Assembly: GCA_965238005.1 (NCBI GenBank)
Contig: OZ250165.1
Coordinates: 4,704,001-4,768,000 of the forward strand
Direction of reading: 5' to 3'
Origin: Longimicrobiales bacterium
Lineage (GTDB): Bacteria > Gemmatimonadota > Gemmatimonadetes > Longimicrobiales > Gaopeijiaceae
DNA: 64,000 bases
Position numbers and translations under genes: made by a program. Within the stretch, counting starts at the first letter, position 1, and each line of letters starts with the position of its first letter. The notes beneath the pieces were generated by a model. The model made no database searches. It was given only the letters and a program-made list of their open reading frames with translations, and was not told the DNA's origin. Of this stretch, positions 9,896 to 18,859 are shown in pieces.

Positions 9896-12594
9896 GGTTC
9901 GAGCGCATACGCGCCCGGGCGTTCGGCCGCCTGGAAGAGTTCGACACGGGCGAAGAACCGCTCGCGAGCCTCACGGTGGTCGTGGGACCGAACGAGTCCG
10001 GCAAGACCACCTTCTTCCACATGCTCGGCTCGGTCATCTACGGGCTCTATCCCACCTCCCGGGATCAGCATCCATATACGCCGTGGAGCGGCCGTGACCT
10101 GGACGTGGAGGCCGACCTCCGCCGGGACGGCGATGAGCTGTGGAGCGTCCGCAGGCGTCTCCTGGCGTCCCCCACCGGTCACCTCACCCGAGGTGATCAC
10201 GAGGTGCCCCTGCGAAACCAGACCCTGTCCTGTGCGACCCACGTCACGCGCGGGGTCTTCCATCAGGTGTTCGCCCTGACCCTGGCCGAGGTGGCCACCC
10301 TGGAGTCGGAGGCCTGGTCGGAGATCCAGGACCGGCTCATCGGCGCCATGGGGGCCCGAGACCTGGTACCGGCCCGCTCGGCAGCTGAGGTTCTCGAGGT
10401 CGAGGCCCGGGGGCTTTGGCGGCCCGACCGTCGGGGCAAGCAGGACATCCGTGAGCTGCGAGACCGGATTCACCGCGCGTCCACGCGACGGCGCCAAGCG
10501 CTGGACACGGATCGACTCCTGAGAGGGTCAATGAAGAAGCTGCAGCGGACCCGTGAGGAGCTGAAGGAGGCCAAGCTCTTGCGCGAGCAGCAACGCCTCC
10601 TGATCGAGCGCACCACCACGCTCCTCCCTGTGAGAAAGCTCCTCGACCGTGCAGCAGAGCTCGACCTTGAGGCGGGCCCGACCCAGGAGCTCGACGCGAT
10701 TCCCCGGGACCCCGTCGGCACCCACAGCCGCCTCGTAGCCGACGTGGCCAAGCTCCAGAGCCGTCTCGAACGCGCATGTGAGGAGGCCGACGCGCCCCGG
10801 GATCGAGCCGCCCGCTTCGGATCGGCCGAGGAGCGCATGCTCGGGGCTCGAGCGGACATCGAAGATCTGGTGGTCGAGGTGGCCGGCCTAAAGCCTGCTA
10901 GTACTCGTCTCGGTGCCCTCGAGCGCGAGATCCAGGACCGTCGCCGTCGCGCCGACTCCTCGCTCAACGAGCTCTTCACGCGAGATCTCACCGAAAGCGA
11001 AGAGAAGGTCCTCAGGCGCATCGTGCCCAAGGAGCTCCACGACCGGGTCAGAGACACGGCTAGGGCCCGGGACCGGCAGCTTGAGCACGAGGTACGCTCC
11101 ACGCTGCGCCAGGCCGCTCCGAGGCCCTCCGCCCGTACGCTGATGGTCGGAGCCGCGTCCGGCCTGGCGGCCGCGGCTCTGTTGCTTTCCGGGGGCGACG
11201 AGGCCTGGCCGCGGGTCATCGGTGCAGTCCTGGCCCTGGTCTCTGCAATGTTCCTCACTCGCTGGTGGACCATGCGCGAGGCGTTCGAACGGGGTGAGAG
11301 AGGCGTACCCTCCGACTTCGCTACCGTGGGAGATGCCGCCGCCTGCCAGGGCGTGGCCGATGGTGCCGAGGGCGTGGAGTCGACCGTCCGGGAGCTTCGC
11401 AAGCTCCTCGCTGATCTGCCGATCCGTGACGACGTTGTCGAGGAGGCCGGGCCCGAGCTCAGCGTCACCGTCGCGCGGCTCCAGGAGCTGTTGGACGAGT
11501 TGGATGCTCGGACCGTCGAGGCCGAGCGCTCCAGGGAGGCCTTCGACCGGGCGCACCAGCGCATCGCAACGGCCGGCCGGGGGCTCGAGATCGATCTTCC
11601 CCTGGACGACTTGGTGGCGGTTCACGTGCTGGAGAGCAAGCTACGGGAAGCGGAGAGGGCGGAGGAGGCGTCCAAGTTCGCCCACCGAGAGCTCGAGAGC
11701 CTGGACCGAGCCCAGGACGACCTCCGGAGCGAGCTGGACGCGCACACCGCCGAGCTGCGCTCCCTCGAAGAGGCCCTCCGAAGGCTGGGCGACGACGATG
11801 TGGCCGCCGGATTGGAGGAAGCGGAGCGGAGACGGCGAGGCCGCGTGCGTGCGGAGCAGATCCGTGAGGACCTGATGCGCTCCCACCCCGATCTGGACGA
11901 GCTCCTGGCTCGACTCGACGAGCTTGGAAACTCCGACGGGCGTCCCATAGGAGACGACGAGCTGGCGGCTGCACGGATCGCCCTCGAGGAGCAGTCGGAC
12001 CGGATCGAGGAGCTCACCGGGCATATGAAGGAGCTCGAGCACGAGTGCGGCCGTGCCGAGGAGCAGATCACGGCCGATCAGATCGACGGGGAGATCGAGG
12101 CCTTCGAGGCCGAGCTCGCCCACTTGAAGGCCGAGCACGACCGGAAGCTCCTGTTGGCGCACCTCGTCCGGGAAGCCGATCGCCGATTCCGCGAGGAGCA
12201 CCAGCCCGACGTTGTGCGTAAGGCCTCGGAGTACCTGAAGACCATCACGAGCGGCCGGTACGATCGCATCACCGTGGGGGAGGCCGGGGACTTCTACGTG
12301 CGTGGGCCCGGGGCCGGCGGGGCCGTGGAGGCGTCGAGCCTGTCCACGGGAGCCCAGCAACAGCTCTACCTGGCAATCCGGTTGGCGGTCATGAGTCATC
12401 TGGACGAAGGTAGAGAGCGTCTCCCCGCCTTCGTCGACGAGACCTTCGTGAACTGGGACGATTCCCGGCGCGCCCGAGGCTTCGAGCTCCTGCACGAGCT
12501 CTCACGGACCCGTCAGGTGTTCGTCATGACCTGTCACGCACCGTGGGCCGACGAGTTGGCGGAGCACGGTGCTCAGAGGATTGACCTGGAGTGA
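9892..12594 (+). CDS. YhaN-like SMC/Rad50-type ATPase
   Basis: Walker A GPNESGKT, coiled coils, central TM pair, LSTGAQQQLYLAIRLA signature and VDETFVNWD Walker B/D-loop; ATGA overlap with the nuclease. Confidence 0.9.
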   Translation: MRFERIRARAFGRLEEFDTGEEPLASLTVVVGPNESGKTTFFHMLGSVIYGLYPTSRDQHPYTPWSGRDLDVEADLRRDGDELWSVRRRLLASPTGHLTRGDHEVPLRNQTLSCATHVTRGVFHQVFALTLAEVATLESEAWSEIQDRLIGAMGARDLVPARSAAEVLEVEARGLWRPDRRGKQDIRELRDRIHRASTRRRQALDTDRLLRGSMKKLQRTREELKEAKLLREQQRLLIERTTTLLPVRKLLDRAAELDLEAGPTQELDAIPRDPVGTHSRLVADVAKLQSRLERACEEADAPRDRAARFGSAEERMLGARADIEDLVVEVAGLKPASTRLGALEREIQDRRRRADSSLNELFTRDLTESEEKVLRRIVPKELHDRVRDTARARDRQLEHEVRSTLRQAAPRPSARTLMVGAASGLAAAALLLSGGDEAWPRVIGAVLALVSAMFLTRWWTMREAFERGERGVPSDFATVGDAAACQGVADGAEGVESTVRELRKLLADLPIRDDVVEEAGPELSVTVARLQELLDELDARTVEAERSREAFDRAHQRIATAGRGLEIDLPLDDLVAVHVLESKLREAERAEEASKFAHRELESLDRAQDDLRSELDAHTAELRSLEEALRRLGDDDVAAGLEEAERRRRGRVRAEQIREDLMRSHPDLDELLARLDELGNSDGRPIGDDELAAARIALEEQSDRIEELTGHMKELEHECGRAEEQITADQIDGEIEAFEAELAHLKAEHDRKLLLAHLVREADRRFREEHQPDVVRKASEYLKTITSGRYDRITVGEAGDFYVRGPGAGGAVEASSLSTGAQQQLYLAIRLAVMSHLDEGRERLPAFVDETFVNWDDSRRARGFELLHELSRTRQVFVMTCHAPWADELAEHGAQRIDLE

Positions 12595-13445
12595 CCACCC
12601 GGCCCCCGGCGTGGGAATATGCGCTGCCCCTCCACGTGGAGTGCCACGGGGACGGCGGCAGCCCTGTCGTGCTCCTGCACGGCTACGCAGCGAGCTCCTT
12701 CTTCTGGCGGTATTGGATTCCCGCTCTGGCGGAGTATCACGAGGTGTGGGCGGTGGACCTCAAGGGGCACGGCTCGGCGCCGGCTCCTCCGGACCATCGC
12801 TACTCTCCTCATGACCACGCCGAGTTGATCCACCGCTTCATCATCCAAAGGGACCTGCGTGAGCTGACGCTCTTCGGGCACTCCATGGGTGGGGGGATCG
12901 CGTTGCTCGTTGCCCTTCGACTGCTGGACCAGGGACGGCTCCAACGACTGGTGCTAGTCTCCAGCGCCGCCTACCCGCAGCGTCTGCCCCCCTTCGTGAA
13001 GCTGGCCCGCAGGGGTCGAGCGACCCGCTGGCTGTTCGCGGTGGTCCCGAAGCGGCGGCTCATCAGGTGGGTGCTCCGGTCCATCGTCTACGATCCGTTA
13101 GCCATCAGCGGAGCTCAGGTGGAGGCCTACGCCGAGCCGCTCACGAGGGCACCTCATCGCCTGGCCCTCATCGAAACAGCACTGGGCATCGTCCCGTCGG
13201 ATCTCGACGAGTTCACCGCCCGTTTTCGCGAGATCGACGTTCCGACGCTTCTCCTCTGGGGGCGTCACGACCGCGTGGTGCCCCTCTCCGTGGGTGAGAG
13301 GCTCTCTGGCGCCCTACCCCAGGCCACCCTCGAGGTGTTGGAGGAGTGCGGACATCTACCGCCCGAGGAGCTCCCGGAGGACTCTCTGGAGATCGTCCAG
13401 AGCTTCCTCAGGGGCGGCGTCTCAGACGCTCCGTCAGAAGGGTAA
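12591..13445 (+). CDS. Alpha/beta fold hydrolase
   Basis: LLHGY, GHSMGG nucleophile elbow, WGRHD and CGHLP. Confidence 0.9.
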   Translation: MTTRPPAWEYALPLHVECHGDGGSPVVLLHGYAASSFFWRYWIPALAEYHEVWAVDLKGHGSAPAPPDHRYSPHDHAELIHRFIIQRDLRELTLFGHSMGGGIALLVALRLLDQGRLQRLVLVSSAAYPQRLPPFVKLARRGRATRWLFAVVPKRRLIRWVLRSIVYDPLAISGAQVEAYAEPLTRAPHRLALIETALGIVPSDLDEFTARFREIDVPTLLLWGRHDRVVPLSVGERLSGALPQATLEVLEECGHLPPEELPEDSLEIVQSFLRGGVSDAPSEG

Positions 13446-14130
13446 GGAGCATCTTGCTCCCGGCGCGCACCGTGCCCATCACCGAGCCCGATATCTTGGA
13501 CTCTCCAGCGGATCGAGCTCGGTGGGCGACCTCGATCTCCACGATTCGGAACGCGTGCCGAGCCGCCCGGATTTGCATCTGCAGCGTCCAGCCCCAGTTA
13601 CGATCGTCCATCTCCAGCTCGATGAGCTTGCGGAAGTCGATGGCCCTAAACGGGGGCAGGTCACGAAAGCTGCGACCGAAGAGGAGACGAATCATCGAGG
13701 TGACGAGGCGGTTTCCGAGACGCGCATGTCTGAAGACGGTGCCGACCTTTCCGCCCCCTCGACGTCTGACGCCCAGCGTTAGGTCCGCCTCTCCTCGCAA
13801 GATCGGATCGACGAGCATCTCGATCTGGCCCGGACCTTCCCCGTGATCGGCGTCCAGGAATACCAGGACCGCAGGTGGATTAGGCATGGACCGCAGGAAG
13901 TCGATGCCTGCGAGGCACGCCGCTCCGTAGCCCCGCTGGGGCTCGGTCACCAGGTACGCCCCTCCTTCCACGGCCACGTCCGGGGTCCGGTCCCTGGAGC
14001 CGTTGTCCACCACCACTACCTGCCCCACGGATCGGTCCCGCAGGTCGGAGAGGAGCCCCGGAAGTGTTTCCTCCTCATCAAGGGCGGGGATCAGCACTGC
14101 AACGAAGTGGGTCACGGGGAGACCGGGCAC
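13408..14130 (-). CDS. Glycosyltransferase family 2 (DPM1-like)
   Basis: IPALDEE, VVDNGSRD, RGYGAAC, FLDAD and SKISG. Confidence 0.9.
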   Translation of the reverse strand: MPGLPVTHFVAVLIPALDEEETLPGLLSDLRDRSVGQVVVVDNGSRDRTPDVAVEGGAYLVTEPQRGYGAACLAGIDFLRSMPNPPAVLVFLDADHGEGPGQIEMLVDPILRGEADLTLGVRRRGGGKVGTVFRHARLGNRLVTSMIRLLFGRSFRDLPPFRAIDFRKLIELEMDDRNWGWTLQMQIRAARHAFRIVEIEVAHRARSAGESKISGSVMGTVRAGSKMLLTLLTERLRRRP

Positions 14131-14189
14131 GGTGGCGAGCCAATGAAGCGTCGGCGGTGAACCTAACGCCTCCGGAGAAGGAACCCCTC

Positions 14190-15488
14190 ATGGGCTCTGG
14201 CCGTTTCCTCGCGGCCATAGGCGCCGTCGAGCTCGTCCTCCTGGCCACCGCTGCATGGTGGCCTGGGCGAGGCTTCCCCTCGCCCGGCCTCGGCCTCGTG
14301 GGGGGCGCCTTCTTGGCGTACGGGCTTGCCGCATACGCGACCGGACGGGGGGGGCCACAACGCTCCGTCCGGACAGAGCTCATGATCATCTGGGTGTGGG
14401 CCCTCGTCTTCCGCCTGGTCCTGCTTCCGGTGCCCCCCGAGCTCACGGACGACTTCTACCGATATCTCTGGGACGGGCACGTCCAGCTTCAGGGCGTCAA
14501 CCCGTACCTTTACGCGCCGGCCGATCCGGCCTTGGAGGCGCTGCGGACACCGTGGCACGGACTCATCAACAGTCCGTCGGTGTTCACCATCTACCCGCCC
14601 CTGGCCCAGATCGTCTTCCTGCTGAACGCCCTGCTGGGAGGGACGATCCTCGGCCTGAAGGTGGTGTGGGTGGGCCTGGATCTTGTGACCGCGTTCCTCC
14701 TGGGAAGGGTGGCGAGCCGGTCGGGGCGTGACCCCCGGGGGGTGCTGACCCTCTACCTGTGGTCCCCATTGCTCATCATCGAGACCGCCTGGAACGGGCA
14801 CCTGGAGGCCTTGGGGCTCGTGTTCATCGCCCTTCTCCTCTATTCCGGCGCCCACCCGGCGCGCGTGGGAGTGGCCCTGGCCCTGGCCACGCTGGCCAAG
14901 TTCGCTCCCGCCGCCGCTCTGCCTCCGCTCTGGAGACGGTACGGATGGCGGATGGTGCTGGCGCTCGGCGTCACCCTCGCGGTGCTCTATCTGCCTTACG
15001 TGTCGGCGGGCAAGATGCTGTGGGGAGGCCTGTCTACGTTCGCCGAGCACTGGCGATTCCAGGAGGGTGCCTTCGCGGTCTTGGAGTGGATCATTCCCGG
15101 CCCCGTGGCGCCCCGTGTGGCGGCGGGGCTGATCGTCCTGGCGGTCATCGGTTGGACGACCTGGAGGTCGTACAATGCCGAGAAAGCCCTTTTTTGGATC
15201 CTGGGAGCTGGCCTGCTCCTTTCCCCCACCGTCCACCCCTGGTACGTGCTCTGGGCCCTTCCGTTCGCGGCCCTGCGCGGGAACCGGGGCTGGATCCTCC
15301 TAAGCGGGCTCGTATTCCTAGGCTACTGGGGCCTCGAGACGTATCACTCCCAGGGAGTCTGGCCTCAGCCCGTGTGGGCCCGCTTGCTGCTCTGGGCCCC
15401 GGTCTTCGGATTGCTTGCCTACGATGCCACGGGGCTCTCCGGGCGAGGCGTGGCGGCGGCCGAGGTGGAGGCGGCCGAGGTCGTCTAG
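14190..15488 (+). CDS. GT-C membrane glycosyltransferase (GT87/DUF2029-like)
   Basis: TDDFYRYLWDG, NPY, TIYPP, GHLE and PTVHPWY with multiple TM helices. Confidence 0.8.
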   Translation: MGSGRFLAAIGAVELVLLATAAWWPGRGFPSPGLGLVGGAFLAYGLAAYATGRGGPQRSVRTELMIIWVWALVFRLVLLPVPPELTDDFYRYLWDGHVQLQGVNPYLYAPADPALEALRTPWHGLINSPSVFTIYPPLAQIVFLLNALLGGTILGLKVVWVGLDLVTAFLLGRVASRSGRDPRGVLTLYLWSPLLIIETAWNGHLEALGLVFIALLLYSGAHPARVGVALALATLAKFAPAAALPPLWRRYGWRMVLALGVTLAVLYLPYVSAGKMLWGGLSTFAEHWRFQEGAFAVLEWIIPGPVAPRVAAGLIVLAVIGWTTWRSYNAEKALFWILGAGLLLSPTVHPWYVLWALPFAALRGNRGWILLSGLVFLGYWGLETYHSQGVWPQPVWARLLLWAPVFGLLAYDATGLSGRGVAAAEVEAAEVV

Positions 15489-16898
15489 CCCCCTCAGTCC
15501 CAGGCCCAAGTATCCGGAGCCGAAGAGCACGATGAACGGTACCGACCCGTAGAACCCGGCCGCGAGGGCCCCGGCGAGGTAGCCGACCATGACCACACCC
15601 AGGGACAGCTTGAGAATCAGATCACGGGCGGGGATCGGAGCCCGGTACGAAACCCGGGTCGCCTCGCCCTTCTTGGGAGTGCGCACGAACGGATCATCGC
15701 CTCCATGGAAGAGCCCCCGGATCACGGACCCGGTCACCGCCACCGTCAGCCCGATGCCCAGAGCCAAGGCCTGCGGCACTGCCCGCAAGCTCCAGCTCCG
15801 GCTCCGGCCCCGCTTGGAGGCCGCTTGGGAGTAGAACACGAGGAACGGCACCGTAGCCGCCGTGAACACCAGGAGGTCGGGCAGCAGATAGTGCTCGACC
15901 CCCAGCGCACGTCGGGCGATTTGGGAGGGGACGAGCAGTAGCCCCAGAAGCAGCGTCAGGGGGTGGGCTAAATGTCCGCAAAGGTGCACGGTCCCCTCCA
16001 ACTTCACCCCCAGCGGCCATGGTCCCCGAAGCAGCTCAGGGAGGACCCTCTTCGCGGTGGTCCCTCCCTGAGCCCAACGCCTCTGCTGTACCTCCAGGGC
16101 GCCGACGGTAGACGGGATCTCGGCCGGAACGCCGACGTCCTCCAGGAAGACGAAGCGCCACCCCTTCATCTGGGCCCTGTAGCTGAGGTCCAGATCCTCG
16201 GTCAGCGTGTCGGCCCGCCAGCCCCCGGCCTCGTGGATGCAGGTGCGCCGCCACATGCCGGCCGTGCCGTTGAAGTTGAAGAAGTGCCCGCTCTTGTACC
16301 GACCACCTTGCTCGAAGAAGAAGTGTCCGTCGAGGAAGAGACTCTGGCCCTTGGTCAACCAGCTCTCGTCCGAGTTCAGATGGTCCCAGCGGGCCTGCAC
16401 CATGCCGACCCCCGGATCACGGAAGGGGGGCAGGATCCTCCGGATCAGATCGGGCGGTGCGACGAAGTCCGCGTCGAGGACGAGAAGGAAGTCTCCTCGC
16501 GATCGCTCGGTCCCGTAGGCCAGGGCGCCGGCCTTGAAGCCGGCCCGCGTCCCTCGGCGCATATGCTCCACCGACACGCCCCTGGCTCGCCACCCCTCGG
16601 CCAGAGCCTCCGCGGTGCCGTCGGTGGAGTCGTCCAGGATCTGCACGTCGAAGCGGTCACGGGGATAATCCTGCCCACACGCTGCATCCACGAGCCGTTC
16701 GATGACATGGACCTCGTTGTAGATGGGCAGCTGGATCGTAACCCGAGGAAGCTTGGACTCGGGCCAGGGGTCCAGAACGGCCGACTTCGGCCGTCTGGAG
16801 AGCACCAGCAAATACGCCCGGTGCAGCGCGAAAGGAAGGAGCAGGGCGAGCACACCTGCCGTGAGAATCAAGGTGATGTAGGCCAGTACTTCCGGCAT
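15318..16898 (-). CDS. Cellulose synthase-like GT2 glycosyltransferase
   Basis: QLPIYNE, LDDSTD, FKAGAL, DADF, FNGTAG, TEDLD and QQRRW. Confidence 0.9.
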   Translation of the reverse strand: MPEVLAYITLILTAGVLALLLPFALHRAYLLVLSRRPKSAVLDPWPESKLPRVTIQLPIYNEVHVIERLVDAACGQDYPRDRFDVQILDDSTDGTAEALAEGWRARGVSVEHMRRGTRAGFKAGALAYGTERSRGDFLLVLDADFVAPPDLIRRILPPFRDPGVGMVQARWDHLNSDESWLTKGQSLFLDGHFFFEQGGRYKSGHFFNFNGTAGMWRRTCIHEAGGWRADTLTEDLDLSYRAQMKGWRFVFLEDVGVPAEIPSTVGALEVQQRRWAQGGTTAKRVLPELLRGPWPLGVKLEGTVHLCGHLAHPLTLLLGLLLVPSQIARRALGVEHYLLPDLLVFTAATVPFLVFYSQAASKRGRSRSWSLRAVPQALALGIGLTVAVTGSVIRGLFHGGDDPFVRTPKKGEATRVSYRAPIPARDLILKLSLGVVMVGYLAGALAAGFYGSVPFIVLFGSGYLGLGLRGLDDLGRLHLGRRHASPGEPRGIVGKQSEDRGPEQQAGPHGLRPDSLGVIRLEAPVA

Positions 16899-16984
16899 GC
16901 AGCTCGCTCGGGTGATGAAGGAGATGAGAAGCGGGGACCTCGTTGTCCAGTGTACTTCAAACCCGGCCGCCGGTCATGGGGTTC

Positions 16985-17449
16985 CTACGGACCCTCCTCG
17001 ATCTCAGCGGTCCAGGTGATCTCCACCGCACCCTTCAGGCTCTGGGCAGTGGGGCACTTGTCCACGTGCCGCTCCAGCGCCTCGTCCACGATCTCCCGGG
17101 TCCCTTCGGGAATCTGGATGGTGTAGTGGACATGGATCTTGGTGAGGACCGGGATCTTGTCCCGCATCTCGTTGAAGCCCTCGGCACTCAAGCGGATGTG
17201 ATCGCTCGGCAACTTGACCCCGCGCACTTCCAGTGCGCCGATGAGAGTCCCGAGTAGTCAGCCGGCCGCCGACGCCACCAGATAGTCGACGGGCAATGGC
17301 AGGTTGGGCTCCGAGTCCAACCCGTAGTGGGCCTTCACCGGGCCGTGCACGCCGAAGTCGATCTGGGTGCCATCCTCCAGGAGAGCCCGTCGATGGACTC
17401 CCGACAGCCTCCCAACCTCGGCCCGGGCGACGTAGAACGGATCGTTCAT
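16985..17449 (-). CDS. OsmC-like peroxiredoxin, predicted selenoprotein (UGA=Sec at 17260-17258)
   Basis: Two ORF-track pieces are in frame across one TGA: ...VDYLVASAAG-U-LLGTLIGALEVRG...HVDKCPTAQSL. The TGA is at the first catalytic Cys position of OsmC/Ohr proteins and a SECIS-like hairpin follows. Confidence 0.85.
17222..17238 (-). promoter_or_regulatory. Bacterial SECIS-like hairpin
   Basis: GCGCACU-GGA-AGUGCGC begins 19 nt after the UGA; the apical loop starts with G about 26 nt downstream. Confidence 0.7.
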
Positions 17450-17640
17450 TCCTCCACCTCCCCCTCGTGTTCGGTAGCCGCCACCTCGAAGCCCGGGCAA
17501 GCGAGCACGGGGAGCGGTGGATACTTCGGATATCGCGAGTCCTCGAAGGATCGCTCGCAAAGATAAAAGATAGACGCTCGCTCGTTCTCGACCAGTCGGA
17601 CGAAGGCGCACCTCTCACAGAGCCCCACCGCCCTACTCAT
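17446..17640 (-). CDS. Small four-Cys protein, 64 aa (putative metal-binding)
   Basis: MSRAVGLCERC...FYLCERS...YPKYPPLPVLACPGF; ATGA overlaps at both ends. Confidence 0.75.
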   Translation of the reverse strand: MSRAVGLCERCAFVRLVENERASIFYLCERSFEDSRYPKYPPLPVLACPGFEVAATEHEGEVEE

Positions 17641-18373
17641 GGCCGAATTCCCAGCAGCGCCGCCTGGCGCTCGGATCGCCCTCCCCGGTGTGAGAACAAA
17701 CCGGCGGTTCCACACAGAGTGCAGTGCTCCGAAACCGTGATGCGGCTCTCTTGGATACCCAGTGCGCGGGCCCGAGAGACCAGAAGGGCTCGTACGTCCA
17801 CCGGCGTGGGACCGGACGGTGTTGGCAGCCCCAGGGCGTCGCAGACCTCCGGGCCAACCTCGTAGCAGGCCCCGCAGATGGCCGGGCCGAGATGCGCGTG
17901 TAGGTGGGCAGCGTCCGAGGCGAACTGTGTGTGGAGCGTCTGGATCCCCTCCGCCATGATGCCGCCCGCTATCCCCCTCCATCCAGCGTGTAGAAGAGCC
18001 ACGACCCGCCGCTCCGGGTCCACGAGGTAGACCGGCACGCAGCCGGCCACCGTCACCGCGAGCAGCACCCCGGGCGTGGATGTGGCATGCCCGTCCGCCG
18101 GACCGCTGTCGACATGTACCCCCGTGGGAGTGCGTCGTACACGGCCACCCTGGTCTCGTGGACCTGACGAGCGTGGGCGACCGTGCCGAAGCCTGTGGCC
18201 ATCAGAACGGCTCGCCAACGATCGTCCGCCCGGGGGGGTGGAGACTCCCCAAAGAGCCGGAGGTCGAAGGGATCGTTCTTGGAGCCCGCGTGGGTGATGC
18301 CGGCCATCACCCATGGAAAGCGGTCCGCCCACGCACCCACGGGATGAAACGGGATACCGGCGTCGGCAAGCAT
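17637..18373 (-). pseudogene. pgeF: YfiH/PgeF family protein, frameshifted near 18120
   Basis: N-terminal part (ARQVHETRV) is in a different frame from DGHAT...AGCVPV...HAGWRG...GPAICGACYEVG...CT...LFSHR. The shift is at a C run (18119-18123), so it may be a sequencing error. Confidence 0.75.
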
Positions 18374-18387
18374 GTCGAAAACTCTAG

Positions 18388-18748
18388 AAGGCTGTTGAGG
18401 AAGTACAGTGCGTCGCGCACAGGATGCTTGCGCGCGTTCAGACAAGGAACGACGACGAGTCGTAGCCGAGCTACGGCGAGGAGGAGAGACGCAGGATCAA
18501 CCGCGCAACCACCCTGTGCCCAACGGAATAGTTGCTATGAACTTACGTGTTCGTGGGTTGCGGTGGCACGGCCCCGACCACGCTTCGCGTGGTGCCCCCG
18601 TTGTTGGAGCTCCTAACCGTAGCGACGGCTATGGCCTCGTCGCTCCGACCCACGCTGTCGCGCGGGTACCCCGGATCTGGGGCCGTGGCATCCCGGGTAC
18701 CCGTGCGGTAGCACGGGTGGCGACCCGCTGTACTTCCTCATCAGCCTT
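18388..18748. mobile_element. MITE type B (about 361 bp, non-autonomous)
   Basis: TIRs AAGGCTGTTGAGGAAGTACAG (18388-18408) and CTGTACTTCCTCATCAGCCTT (18728-18748) match 20/21; CTAG on the left, CAG on the right; no transposase. Confidence 0.8.
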
Positions 18749-18859
18749 CAGACCCCCGAGGCGATTTTCAAGGAAAAAGCTCGGAGCCCCCGGCGCGGCT
18801 CCACGTCGCCGCCGGTGTGCCGCGCGGGGGCCCACTCTTGCCGATCCGTGGTCGTCGGT

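Noticed and set aside
8654..12594. YhaO/YhaN pair as a novel anti-phage system
   Set aside because: It is a widespread known pair with canonical motifs and no defence-island context.
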